A stretch of DNA of 62,330 bases, filler included. It is 10 parts of 10 records of this genome, joined end to end, with 100 filler letters (N's around TTAATTAATTAA, not from the genome) between each part and the next. Parts side by side here need not be neighbours in the genome. Positions count along the whole stretch, not along the records: positions 33,313 to 38,769 come from SRR15195285_69; positions 38,870 to 46,658 come from SRR15195285_70; positions 46,759 to 55,000 come from SRR15195285_75; 7 more parts are not named here. The stretch is one strand, 5' to 3'. The position numbers and the translations under genes were made by a program. Numbering within the stretch: the first letter of the stretch is position 1; each line of letters opens with the position of its first letter. Positions 35,933-47,982 of the stretch are shown here, one piece after another. The notes beneath the pieces were generated by a model. It had not been told where the DNA came from, did no database searches, and saw only the letters and a program-made list of their open reading frames with translations.

Positions 35933-36089
35933 ACGATGTGATGTAGAGGGCCAGCAATCAGCATATTTGCTGTGCTCTGAGAGCTGCAATGCGGTAGGCG
36001 CAAACGGTCGCCAGGGCGATGAAATTGATTTGTCGACTGCAAACGGCAAAATTTGTAGCGGTTTCGAGTTGCCATGCAACGAGATACAT

Positions 36090-38769
36090 TCACTTGCCGC
36101 GCTTTGCCACCGCCAGCTTGGCAACACGTTCGAGTCGCGCATGCGACCGTTGCTGTGCTCGGAGCGCGGCGTCCCTCGCCACTTGCGCCGTTTTTGCTTC
36201 GATCATCGCAATTCTTTGCTTGCGGTAGGCATCAAAACCACCTTTCTCGAGCCTCAACCCACCATTATCTTTTCTACCGTCGCATACCCAGAGCTCCGTC
36301 GCGGTTGCGACAAGACGTTCATCGTGGCTCACTAAAACTACACCACCTCTCCATGTCGTAAGACCTGAGATGAGTGCGTCGACGGACTCCAAGTCCAGGT
36401 GGTTTGTTGGCTCGTCAAGAAGAAGGATGTGTGGACGCAGAAGCCGCAGAAAAGCGAAGACCACACGCGCCTTCTGCCCTCCAGACAGTGCCGCCATCGG
36501 AACGAGGTGCTGTGGACCGGAGAGCCCAAACATACCAAGTGATGCTCGCGCTTCTTGCTCCTTTACATCTGGAAATTTCTGTTGCAAAAACTTCAGAGCG
36601 CTGGTACGTCGTGCGTCCTACATTTGAAGCAATGTAAGTTTCGGTTACGTACATCTCTAAAATAGACAGAAGGGGACACACCACTTCATGAAGCACCTCG
36701 AAGTGCTGGTCGTAGGAACCAACAACGCATCGCCTCTCGATCGAGATCTCTCCCTTCGTTGGCAAGAGCTTACCACTCAGCAGCCGTAGCAGCGTAGACT
36801 TACCACCGCCGTCTACAGAACCACACTCAGTAAGAGCCTACTTTGTCCGACAAATAAGCTAAGCCGGCAAATGAATGAACTTTAAGCGTGCGGACAGTAG
36901 CGACAGCAGCGGCGGCGGCGGCGGCAGCAACACCCCGTACTTTTCCCAACAACAGCAATTCGACTGTCGCCGTGGATCCCAAAGTTGAGCCCTTCAAAGA
37001 GTTCGTTGTGGAGCGGCTGAGTACCCTCGTCGCTGTACCCGAATCCTACATCGTGCGCACCGATGGCTGCGTACCCATCATCGCGCCCAAGGAACTCGAA
37101 ACGGACAGTGTACTCGCGTGGTTTCTCGATCAACATCGGGAGCTTTCTGAGGTACGTCGGGTAAATGAGACTACAGAAGCCTCCAATGACTGTGCCGCTC
37201 TACCACAGATGAGACACCCATTCTGGTGAAGGCGCTGGGCTCAATACTCACAGCTGTGTCAGCACCTCTTTTTCTGCTTTACGCTCACTCATCTTCTTCG
37301 ACCCACCCTTGTATTGAGTGAGAAGCTTCTGCTGCTTCTCAAAGTCACGCTTGCATTTGTCGAGGCGAGAGGAGCGCGATCTGCAGAATGCATCCACATC
37401 ACCTGCGTACCGCTCGAGCCGTCCATCTTGCACGTGCAGCAGAGCGCTTGCAACGCCGTCTAGAAAGCCAGCGTCATGGCTTACCGCCAAGACGGTCCCT
37501 CTCCACTCCTTGCTCAAATGCTCCTCAAGCCACAGCTTCGCATCAAGGTCTAAGTGGTTTGTTGGCTCATCAAGCAATAAGAGCTCTGGGGTCATAAGCA
37601 GTGCGCGGGCTAGCGCCACTCGCATCCGCCATCCACCAGATAGACTTTCTGTCCCTTCTTCAACCATGTCGGCAGAGAACCCCAAGCCGGCAAGAATCTT
37701 GCGCGCTCGGGGTTCCAGGTCTGCTTTAAACTCCAACTCGGATGAGACCGAGCTAAGATGATTCACTTTTGCCTCCCTATACAGTACCAGACACAATACA
37801 CGTGTGGCAAGCAAGTGTGTGCGTGAACAGCGGACAGTCAGTCAAACAGGGTCTAAAGCACAACTATCATGAAATGAAGATTGTACAGTACCCACCACTC
37901 GGCAACCGAGACACGCTCATCAGATTCCATGGCCTCGAGCTCAGTCAACAATAGCTGTTCCTCAGCAAGGAGCTCAATACCCTTCACGTCGGCAGCACAC
38001 ACCTGAGCAATCACACTGTTGGAAGAAGCCTCCACCTCTTGCTGCACTAGCAGCACGTTGGTATTTGCAGGTAGCGGCATGCGCCGTGCAGCCAAAAATC
38101 TCAGCAAAGTTGTCTTGCCCCGGCCGTTAGGCCCAAGTAGTCCATACTTTCTTCCTGCCACTAGATGAAGGCTGGCTCCCACGAACAGTGGCATCGACGG
38201 GGCTGCAATCGAAAACTCGGGCACTACGATGTCCCTGCTTCCTTTGCCATCGTACTCCACATCCTCCTGTGGGTCAACGAAGCGGCTGCCTGCACCGCCC
38301 AAGGCGAACGCAAAAGACTCCAGCTCGTCCGACTCCTGAGGCTCCGGTTCTGACGCCGTGGCGGACGGTTCCTTACCGTACTTCTTGATGAGCCTCTTGT
38401 CGCGCATAGTCAGTTTCTCGTTTGCAGCAAGTTTGGCACGCGCGGCTGCCAACTGCTCTTGCAGAGGTGACTCGTTGTCGTTAGTAGGCCGCGTTCCCTC
38501 GCTTGCTGCTGCTGCCACCGCCGCCGCCTTCGCAGCGCGCCGACGAGCGGCCGCTTCACGCTCGTCTTGCTCGGCTTTTCGCCGTGCAGCTTCCTCGACG
38601 GTGATCGTATTGCCGAGTTTATCTTGGGTAAACCGAGGCGCTACCTTCCCCTGCAGAAGCTCGCCACCTGTCGACTCTTCTTCATCGCAGTCTTCCTCGG
38701 ATGACTCAGACGCTGGCATCTCGCCCATCGCTCCTTGTCGAACCTTCCCACGTTTCGCGGCGCGCTTTG
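36090..38769 (-). CDS. ABC-F family ATPase (ABCF/GCN20-like), multi-exon, possibly 5'-partial (in-frame ATG at 38728)
   Basis: Two NBDs without TM domains: GPNGRGKTT, LSGGWRMRVALARAL, LLLDEPTNHLD; GKNGGGKST (spliced), LSGGQKARV, LLDEPTNHLD, VSHDE. Confidence 0.92.
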
Positions 38770-38869
38770 NNNNNNNNNNNNNNNNNNNNNNNNNNNNNNN
38801 NNNNNNNNNNNNNTTAATTAATTAANNNNNNNNNNNNNNNNNNNNNNNNNNNNNNNNNNNNNNNNNNNN
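38770..38869. other. Artificial contig spacer
   Basis: 44 N + TTAATTAATTAA + 44 N. Confidence 0.98.
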
Positions 38870-38988
38870 GGGGGGGGGGGGGGGGGGGGGGGACTTGGTT
38901 TGTGGGAGTGTCAGTGGCTTGTATGGCGTGAGCGAGAGCTGTTTGGCTCGCTTGTAGGGAAGCTGCAGGAGCTGCGGGAGATCTCTCG

Positions 38989-39741
38989 ATGAGCGTGGAA
39001 GTGCGCCACCCGGATGCGGACCCGGCGACGCGGAGTCGAGGGGCGATGTTACGGCAGCTCGGAGGGGGTAGGGCGCTGGGGGGCATCGGGACCAGAGCCA
39101 TCGCCACGGTCTCGCAGAAGCTGGGGACGGAGAGAGAGCGTGAGACTCTGCTGGGAGCGGATGGCTTGGGCATGCATCAGCACAAGCCAGTTGGAGGGCC
39201 TCTCGACCCCCAGCTGGTGCTAGAGCCCGAGCCAGAACCCGAGCCAGAGCCGCAGCCAGAGCAAATCGCGGCCACGGCGCCTGCCGGCTCGTCTCGCGAC
39301 GATGACGCTTTCAGGGACGGCATGTTTGCAGGGTACCTGAACCGCGTGGAGGAGAAGGGCTGCGCGTGGCGACAAGAGCTGAATCGGTGCGGCATCGTTC
39401 TGACGTTCGAGGCCTCGCCGCGGACGTCTGCGAGCATCGCGGCAGCACAGCAGCTGGTAGCGGCCGCAGAGGCCCGGCACGATGTGCCGGCGTCGGCGCC
39501 AACTGATCTCGCGCCGAGTGTCGCATCGCCTGCACGTGAACCCGCTGTCTCACGCGGCAGAGTGATGGTGAGGAGCGACCGGACTGCCGACTGGGTTCCC
39601 GGCGAAATTGTGAGTATCGAAGAGTCGAGCAGGCTAGCCACGGTGCGGTACGGCTCAAACAGCACAGTTTGCGTACTGTTGACGGATCCAACGCGTGTCC
39701 GTCTCATTCCGCCGCACAGCCCGGGTTCGGCGAGCCGGTAG
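38989..39741 (+). CDS. Hypothetical protein with (EP)n linker and a possible C-terminal Tudor/SH3-like barrel
   Basis: 250-aa ORF containing EPEPEPEPQPE and GRVMVRSDRTADWVPGEIVSIEESSRLATVRY. Confidence 0.45.
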   Translation: MSVEVRHPDADPATRSRGAMLRQLGGGRALGGIGTRAIATVSQKLGTERERETLLGADGLGMHQHKPVGGPLDPQLVLEPEPEPEPEPQPEQIAATAPAGSSRDDDAFRDGMFAGYLNRVEEKGCAWRQELNRCGIVLTFEASPRTSASIAAAQQLVAAAEARHDVPASAPTDLAPSVASPAREPAVSRGRVMVRSDRTADWVPGEIVSIEESSRLATVRYGSNSTVCVLLTDPTRVRLIPPHSPGSASR

Positions 39742-39860
39742 GTGGATAAACGTGGTTGAAGTGCCTGGATAGAGCTGTTGCTCCTCGCGTCAGCTTGAAT
39801 ATACAAATGGTTTCTGGCAACCAAAACAAGCGGTGCACTTGGTACCGTCCTAGTCTAGCT

Positions 39861-42728
39861 TCATGCCATTCCGAAGGTGTCAGACTGGTTCAGGGTCTCA
39901 GGAATCGTCGAGAACCCATGTCCAGCTGCCGCGGCAGTCTCACGATCGTGGTGCTGCTCCGAGCGCGACGGTTCCGGGCCAGCCGCTGACTTTTTAGGCT
40001 GCAAGCTGGCAGACCTGATGCTGTCGTCTGTACGCGCCCGCTTGCCGTCAACGTGTAGGCTAGTGCTGCTACTGCTACGGTTGCTGCCTGTCCGATGTGC
40101 GCTGCCACAAACTTGAGCGATCTTTTGCGGTATCTCCTTCAGCAGCTGCTCCTGTACCTTGTCCACGGCCTGTGAAACTGCGTGGTCGCGTGCACGGAGC
40201 AGCTGCTCCATCTTCTTCCGCTCTGACGCAAGATCACTTTCTGCAACGATTCGCTTATCACGTTCTGCAGCGCACTTTTGCTTCTGCTCCTGCTCGCGAC
40301 CCTCTGCATGGTCGCGTTCGGCCTGTGCATGCGGACAGAGCACACACCATCGGACGTTGCGGTCTTAGAGCTTACGACCGGTCTTAGAACGTACGGCTTG
40401 CACTGTGCTGCGCTGCACTGTGCCGTACGCACCTGCAACGACTTTATCTGGCGCCGCGCCTCGCCAAGATCTCTTTTCATACGCAGCAGCTCCTCCTCCT
40501 GCTGTGTGGCGTTCGTGCAAGCCAGTCGAAGCTTTCGCAATTCTTCTGCCATGCGATCCTTTTCGTCGTGTAACTGTTCAATCTCAGCCTGCACGAGGGT
40601 ACGCGCGTGGCCAATCACACCAGAGTTATAATCAGCATTGCTCACCAAAACGATGATGGTGCATTGGAGTAAACAGAGCTGGGTACCTGTTTCCGCTGCA
40701 TCTTGTCGCGATGTTCCTGAAGCATCTGTTTGCGGAAATCACTCTTGCTCCCCTGCGATGCACGCACACAGCATCGCGACGCCATCAGCCGCAAGAACAC
40801 AACAGATACTACTTCCGTGTGCAGGCACGGCTGCCCTCACGGAGTCAGGATCACTGAGGTCACTTTGCGAAGCATGCGGCGAGCGACCGCCAACTGGAAC
40901 TGTTTCTCTGACGAGCGGCTCCGAATCTCTACCCAGTCCGAAAGCGTCCCGCGTGGCCGCAGCTCCTGCCACTCGTTTCCGGGGGGATCCAGGAGCGCAC
41001 GGGCTCGAACCGACAAGTTCTTGAGAGGTCTGCAGAGATTGCCAGTCATCATCGGCGTTCGGCGTCGGACCGACACCCTGCGACTCTAGCACAACTTCGC
41101 AGTCGCCATAAGCCTGCCGTTGTTTCTTGGCCGACCGCTGAGCAGTGGCCTCTACACTAGAGCGTTTCAAGCTGCCCAGGTCGTGGTTGGTGACACTGGG
41201 CAGGGCGCTGGGCGCTTGCATGCCTTCATCATCTGATTCGCCGAGAAGCTGTGAGTCTGAGCCCAACGGTAACTTCACTGAGACGTTAGCTGCATCCTCT
41301 CGACGGCTCCCGCGCCGCGTGGATGCGTCGTGGAGCATTATATTGTCTGCAGCAGCAAGTAAAGCAGACGACTCGTAGTGAGGCAAAAGCTGAAGAGCTT
41401 GCCGTTAAGTTCAAAAGCTCAAGCCCAGATATTTCTAGCGTCTAATGTGCGAACGCACTGTTTCGATTAGCTTGTCCGGAATTTTGCTGTCCTCGCACAG
41501 CACTGCTGTTCAATGCAGCACTGGCAGGCTGTTTGTCCTCCTGAGTGTCAGATTTTCCAAAGAGGCTGTCCTCATCGTCGTGTTCCTCAGCACCCGTATT
41601 TTTCCCAAGTAGTGGTTCGCTGTGATCGGTCAGCGGCTCTGTCCGTTGAGATGCACCAGGGGTTGCAGCCGAAAAATAGTGACTCGGGTAGTGCTGCCGG
41701 CAGCCGCATAAACTCAGTGACACGCACACGGAAGCGACACAGGGCAGAAGAGTCAGAGAGCGTACAAAGATGAAGTGAAGAGACTCATTTTCCTTGCCGA
41801 GCTTGATCCGATCACCTTCGTACAGCTCCTTGGATGTGCCCTTTTTGACCAATGTTCCGTTGATGCAGGTTCCATTCGAGCTTGTGTCGTCCCATATGGC
41901 CAGAAATCGGTTCTTGCCCCAGCTCGGCTTGTGCGTGTCCTCGAGCTTACTTGGTTTGACACGCGCATGGCTCATGCTGATCGTTTTAAACTGTTGGTGT
42001 GAAACAGTGTTGCAAAAATTGATATCGCAGTCGTTGTCCTTGCCAAGCTTCATCACGCTACGGCACAGCTCGATCGAGCCGGCAAACTCCTGGCGCGTTG
42101 ATTCGTAGCCGCGCAATGCTGTCTTCATCGATCCCACCGGCTCCAGCAAGCCCCAGACATCGTCACCGCGCATATTATGCCTACTTGAGGATCCAGACTG
42201 CGTATAGCGCTCACTCTTAGCCGGTGTCGATCCCGGGGTGCTGCGCGTCGGGCGGTACTGGCTACCGCTGCTGTTGCTGCCGGGCGGGCTACCGTCGCTC
42301 TCCTCACCGAACTCCATGGTATATTGCAGCAGCGCAGCGACTACATGTTTACACACTGCATCCTGTCGCCGCTCTGACTTTTTGTGGCTAGGGCACTCGC
42401 ACGTGTGACTCTGAATTCTACTCCCGGTCGAGTTGAAACCTACATGCTGGATGTACGTCGTACCGCTGTTTGAATCGGACGGCACGCGGCACTCGATACC
42501 CGCGCTCTTGTCGCATGGCGTGTGCACTGATACACTGACGCGGCCGCCGTGTGAACTGAGCACCTTATCGGCCTTAGCCTTCAGTGCTTTCCACTCGTCG
42601 GGCGTCAAGCCTTTGCTGAAGCAATACGACTCGATTGCGCTCACGCGCATCGACCGCAAGCCCCGCGGCTGCGAGCCAGCGCCCGGGCTGCTCCTCCTGT
42701 CTCGGCGCGCGCGCGAGCCTGAGCTCAT
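39861..42728 (-). CDS. SWIM zinc finger + FHA domain + C-terminal coiled-coil protein (multi-exon)
   Basis: SWIM HTCECPSH...VCKHVVAALL; FHA KLGKDNDCDI..ISMSHARV..DTSSNGTCINGTLV..LYEGDRIKLG. Introns include 41765-41694 (in-frame) and 41458-41347. Downstream ORFs 40139-40648 and 39861-40343 are coiled-coil. Confidence 0.75.
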
Positions 42729-42972
42729 ATCCCGAAACACCCAAAGTACCCGCTCCAGGCAGCGCCGCGTCTCTCCCGCCTCGGCAAGCTCCGCGCCGAC
42801 AATCACAGACACCGCGGGACGGGCCTGCGCCCCTCCTTCACAGATCACACATCTGTCCAGCCGACGGACGTCGATACAGTGACCACACCTCTCCAAAGTT
42901 CATCCCCCGCGCGGGGCCAGCAAGCTCCTCTACTGTACGCTTCCCCAGTCCCCGGGCACTGCCTACCAAACC

Positions 42973-43075
42973 GACTATAGCTAAGCGAGGCAAGGCCGGG
43001 TCCACACCCTAGCGCTGCTTGACCAGGGCAGAGACTATAGCTAAGCGAGGCAAGCCCGGGTCCGCACCCTGGCGC
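42973..43075. repeat. 43-bp imperfect direct repeat, 2 copies, 60-bp period, in divergent intergenic region
   Basis: GACTATAGCTAAGCGAGGCAAG(G/C)CCGGGTCC(A/G)CACCCT(A/G)GCGC at 42973-43015 and 43033-43075. Confidence 0.88.
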
Positions 43076-43590
43076 AGCTCTGCCAGAGAGCACCCCCTTC
43101 GGCGGCGTTGTTTCCGTCTTGTCTGGTCAACGCCGGTGAGCTTCGAAGGATCACAACTGGATTGATGGTCTCCGGACAGATTTCCTGACAAATTTCGTGA
43201 GCAGTGGCGTCACAGTGGCGTCAGAAGCGCGTCACCGCGCGGGCGCCGACGCAGTGGCGTCAGCCGTCACACTCGACAAACTCCAACACATCCAGATTCA
43301 ATTGTTCGATTACATTCCATTATATATACGAGTTATAATCTGCGGACTTCACGTTTGTTTCACCTGGCACAGCACCGCGTACCCTCACTGACCCGCCGCA
43401 CGGACACACGGACTCCTTTCCGACCACGGCGGACGTTTTCTCGTACTATACGTTAATATCTTAACCGGTTGGTGGCAGCGTTGAAGGCGGCAATTGTCGG
43501 TTTTACTCGCATACTTCGTCCGTTCGCCGACCGCAGGCTGTATCAGCGGAGGGAGCGCCACGTTTCCGCAAACCGACCGGCAGCTGCTGA

Positions 43591-44580
43591 ATGCGGGTCA
43601 CCTGCGTGGCCACGTGCTGCTTGAGCTTTGTGGTTTCAAGTGGCGTGGTTGCTCAGTCGTCTGATTCGACCAACGACTTCCGTACCACGGCTGAGCTGCT
43701 GGAGATCTTTGACGCTGGCATCACGGCTGGCATCACGTCTGACGTACTCGGCGCATCCACGCAAGATGAGTGCCTGCGAGAAGCGAGGCGTCTGGACAAC
43801 ACCGCAGAGGCAGGGGGCGCCACACCAAGATACTGCGCGGTGAATTTTTACGCAGACGGGCGTGCAGGCAATATGGAAACTGGCGGTGCTGGACGGTGTG
43901 AAGCCGTGCGGCCGCCTTGCAAGCAGGCTTCCTCGAGTGGTTCGGCCAGCGTGGTCACAGCCCCAATATACTTGTCGCTCGACGATCCGCGCCTCCCAGA
44001 GTTCGGGCCAATCGCACCATCGTGGGGCGATGCGGTCAGTGCATGTGCAAATCTTGCAGCATACATCCACGGGGTATGGACTGCGGGACCGACAACTACC
44101 ATCGGCCGTGATATATCGCAGCTGGACTGCATCGGCCTCGCGAATCATGCCGAGGCGCAGTACTGCGCGGTCAATTTCTACCCCAACCCAAGCAGCGTGG
44201 ACAGTTCAGGTTACGGTATTGCGGGTAGATGCGAAGGCGTGCAAGCGCCGTGTGAAGCGGTGTTTGCAAACGACGAGAGCGTGGTCTCGACGGCTGCGCT
44301 CCCAGTCGACCACGACGGTGGATGCGAGTGGACAGCGGACACGTTGCCAGCACTCTTCGAGAAGATCAATGCGGCCTGCTGTGCACCAGGAGAGGACTGT
44401 GCGACTGGTCCGCCTACTACGTGCAGCCCTGAGTGTCACGATATCGTCCTGGGGGCATGGAGAGACAATGTTTGCAAAGATGTGATGCTTGACATGCTCG
44501 GCGAGACGATGGTTTCTTTCGTCTCGCTGTGTCAGGAGCCAACGAGCAACGACAAAGACGGCGAAGGAAGCAAACATTAG
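43591..44580 (+). CDS. Secreted Cys-rich protein with an internal duplicated module, 329 aa
   Basis: Signal-like N-terminus; YCAVNFY...GRCE.V..PC occurs twice; C-terminal INAACC..EDC..GPPTTCSPEC...C...C module. Confidence 0.72.
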   Translation: MRVTCVATCCLSFVVSSGVVAQSSDSTNDFRTTAELLEIFDAGITAGITSDVLGASTQDECLREARRLDNTAEAGGATPRYCAVNFYADGRAGNMETGGAGRCEAVRPPCKQASSSGSASVVTAPIYLSLDDPRLPEFGPIAPSWGDAVSACANLAAYIHGVWTAGPTTTIGRDISQLDCIGLANHAEAQYCAVNFYPNPSSVDSSGYGIAGRCEGVQAPCEAVFANDESVVSTAALPVDHDGGCEWTADTLPALFEKINAACCAPGEDCATGPPTTCSPECHDIVLGAWRDNVCKDVMLDMLGETMVSFVSLCQEPTSNDKDGEGSKH

Positions 44581-44625
44581 CGCAGCACAATGTACAGGTG
44601 TGCCCGAATATATTTATCTCGATCG

Positions 44626-46109
44626 TCACGCGTATCCCACGCTAGCAAAGCATAGCCCAACCGCAGGAGCGGGCGGTGCTGTTGCAGCCCTGATCTCACT
44701 GATCGATAGCGCCGGCCGCTCATTGGGTAGCTGGGCATAACGAAGAAGCTCGTCATTGTCGGCAGCGCATGCAGAAGCAGTGATCACGGCAGGGTCAGCA
44801 GGCTTGGGTGGGTCCATCTCCGCTTCCGCTCGTTTTGCAGCCTCCCGCACCGCGGTAGCAACGAGTACTCTGACCATCTGGCGCAGGAAACGCGTCCCCA
44901 CAACTTCAATTACGATTACCTCTATTCCGCATGGAAGGGTCGTCGCGCCGACCCGACAGCGTAGCAAGCAACACGTCGAGGCATCACCGGTTTGGCGACC
45001 ATTGCTGCGTGCGAAGGCTGTGAAGTCTAGTCGCCCAGCCTGTACCAGCGGCTGCAGAAATGCACTGATCGACTCTGCATTGATATCGGGACAGTTGGCC
45101 ATGTCTCCTCTGATTTCGGTGAGTCCGTCTGGTTTTGCTACCTGGCGACGCGGCAGAACATACACGTAACGTCTCCATCGTGCGGCACTTGTTGCGTGAA
45201 AGCCATCCTGGTCACACGTTGCGGCAGTCACGCGTCACAGGGTCAAACACATACACGTAAACAAGCAGGACTCTACAGCAGGGGTTCTCCCACCGTTGCA
45301 CGGTCGCAGTTCACCACGCGTAGGGTCGGGCCACGGCATGATGCAACAGCAGCTGCAGACCCTGGCTGCTGTGCCTGTTGCATCGCCCGGCGCTCAGCTT
45401 TGCGAGCCGCCTTTCGCACACGCCGTGAATCGGACGTCGTGGCACTCGGACTGGGCTCTTGTGGTGCTGATTCTACTGTTTCTGCTCCAGTTGGACTAGC
45501 AGGAACGGTAGCCGCAGCCTCGGTGATCACGCGTGCGATGGTCGTTGCGTCAACATTCTGGTCGAGCGTGTAGAAACTGAAGACCTGGCCAGCCGCACTC
45601 ACTCCCGCATCGGTGCGGCCAGAGCACGCCAGACGTGGACGCCGACCCTCGCAAACGGCAGCCAGGGCCAGCTGTAGCTGACCTTGCACGGAGCGGTGCC
45701 CATGTGCAGGCTGCCACGCCCAGCCGCCATAGGCCAGGCCGAGATAAGCCACACACACACGAAATGATCGCTGAGGCCGCCAGCCAGCAACGCCCTGCCC
45801 AGTTTCGTGGCGTGGGCGTTCGGCAGCGTGCTCGTCATCCTCTTCATCGCTGCCCGCACAACGTCCAGCACGGGCTTCTGGCTCCTCTGGGATGGGTACC
45901 GGAGAACTCTCGCCCAGCGCGCTGAGAACCAAGGTCTCCAGGCAGTGTTCGCCGACGACGACGCCTTCCCAGTATCGGGCAACTGCGGCCCATGGCCGAC
46001 CCACCGCCAAGTAGGCGGACGTGCGCTTCACCCCCCACCGGCTGGTGGTCTCGTCTCTGCCAGCCGCCCTGTGCCGCTTCTTGGGTGGCGGCAGCGCCTC
46101 ATGCGACAT
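44626..46109 (-). CDS. truA: TruA-family tRNA pseudouridine synthase, ~465 aa
   Basis: YLGLAYGGWAWQP, SVQGQL, SGRTDAGVSA.GQV (catalytic Asp), FHAT..ARWRRYVY, FLRQMVRVLV, APPAPAVGLCF. Intron 45293-45208. Confidence 0.88.
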
Positions 46110-46658
46110 CGATCGGTGGGCTACGTATGGCGTATCGTATCGATACTGCTGTAATGGTGCAGCAGCGAGACCCGATGACGCGATGAGTGGGATCTTTATG
46201 ATATCTTCCTCGGGTTGCAGCTGTATCGTGTCGGTAGCGATGAGTTGCCAGTGCCTTGGGTGCTTAGCTGCTTGCCCACGCGCGGTGCACTGGGACCTAG
46301 CTACCAGTATGTCATATGCATGAGGAACATTGAGGATCCTGCGTGAACGGCTGAACACGCCGCCGACGCGCGTGCGCGGCGCGTGCGTGCGCCGAGCAGG
46401 ACTCGAGGACTGATGGTGATGCTATCGACAGGCAGGTACCGTATCCTCTCTCTCGTCTCTGAGAATTGAGAATCGATACCAGTCCGCCCGAGCCGGTGTA
46501 CTAGAGTCATTCCAGTATGGTAGCGAGCGCTATGAATTGGTAACCGTTTCGCATTAACCGTTTTTCACGGAATTCGGACCGGACTAGCGCTCTTCGTTAC
46601 TTTGTTGCGGCTTCACCCATCTTTATTTCAGGTGCAGAGCTATAGTGGTTTAGGAGAG

Positions 46659-46758
46659 NNNNNNNNNNNNNNNNNNNNNNNNNNNNNNNNNNNNNNNNNN
46701 NNTTAATTAATTAANNNNNNNNNNNNNNNNNNNNNNNNNNNNNNNNNNNNNNNNNNNN
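46659..46758. other. Artificial contig spacer
   Basis: 44 N + TTAATTAATTAA + 44 N. Confidence 0.98.
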
Positions 46759-47618
46759 TTAACATCCACTTGAATAGATACGGAAAAAGCGCGTGCGCCA
46801 AGGCGACTTTCCGAGAGAAAGTGAACGGCTCTTTCAACATCATGATGATCGCTGGTGGCTTTATAGTGCTGTTGCTGGCAGCTGGCGTTGTGACCTCACA
46901 CTTCATCGTGGTTACTGAGAATCCGATCCCGGGCAAAATCGAACGTGAGGGAGGAGATTCACTCAAGGGGAACAAGCTCTCTCGGAAGGAAAAGAAAGAA
47001 GCCGACAAGAACGATACGCGGACGAAGGCCGAGAAAAAAGCGGCCAGAAAGGAGGCCAAAGAGGCTGAAAAGGCTGAGAAGCTCAAGCTCAAGCAAGAGG
47101 TGCTTGAGAAGGAAACGGAGAAGAAGAAGGAAAAGAAGAAGAAGAAAGCGGGAATCTCTGATAGCAGCGGTACAAGTACTATCAACAATCCGCTAGGCGA
47201 TGATGATTGTGGAGGGGACACGGACAGTGATGCTGCAAGCAAGACGTTCGAGAAGGAGAAAAAGATTAAGAACGAGAAGAAAGGGAAAAAGAAAGAACGC
47301 ACGGCAGTAGCTCAAAATGATGCAGACAGCAGCGAGAAGAAGCGTCTGCTAGCTGTATGGCAGTCGGTCGACTTGGATGGCTCAGGTAGTCTGGACCGCA
47401 ATGAGGTCCGGCAGGCAATGGAAACCATGGGTCACGCTCCAATGAGTGACAGTGACTTTGACAAGGTTTGGCAAAAGGAGCTGGACACGGATGAGAGTGG
47501 AGAAGTATCATTTGATGAGTTCATGGCATGGTGGCAACGGCAGGATGTGGAAGCGCAGCAGCAGCTCCTAGCCCTCAAACAGCTTGACTTCTCCTCGTTA
47601 GGTGCCGACGAGGTCTAA
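46759..47618 (+). CDS. 5'-partial membrane protein: TM helix, Lys/Glu-rich region, EF-hand pair
   Basis: IMMIAGGFIVLLLAAGVVTSHFIVV; DLDGSGSLDRNEV; DTDESGEVSFDEF. Confidence 0.75.
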
Positions 47619-47982
47619 GTCGATGTTTATGCTCGGTATCAACCTACGTCATGCGTTTGTACTCATAGACTGGGACGCCTTTTCACCTCACCCATAAAAC
47701 CAAGATCTAAAATCTATTCGAATAAGAATCGTGTCTCGACAGGGGACACATTGTCGTGCGTGAAGTTGAGAGCTTCTGAGCACTTATTATTGACCTGCCG
47801 CTGTGATTCCGTCGCTTCAGGAGTGTCCTTGATAATATAGCGCGCTGCTCCCAAACGCGCAGCGCTTCCTGACATTTTGGAAATTTCCCTCTAGCTCTAG
47901 CTCACGCTACCTTCTCGCGGTCGCTCCACGCTTCCCGCTTAGCCAGGCCACGCGGAGCAGAGCGCCGAAGGCACCTGTCTAC

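Noticed and set aside
9389-38769. Frame breaks in GH113, mlrC and ABCF as pseudogenes, programmed frameshifts or an alternative genetic code
   Set aside because: The GH113 and mlrC breaks, and the ABCF breaks I traced, are resolved by canonical GT-AG introns in correct phase. TAA, TAG and TGA all serve as true stops.
38870-38892. Poly-G run as a G-quadruplex or telomere-like element
   Set aside because: It sits at a contig end and is typical of a sequencing or assembly artefact.
42973-43075. CRISPR-like repeat-spacer-repeat
   Set aside because: Only two copies, a 17-bp spacer, no cas genes, and a eukaryotic context.
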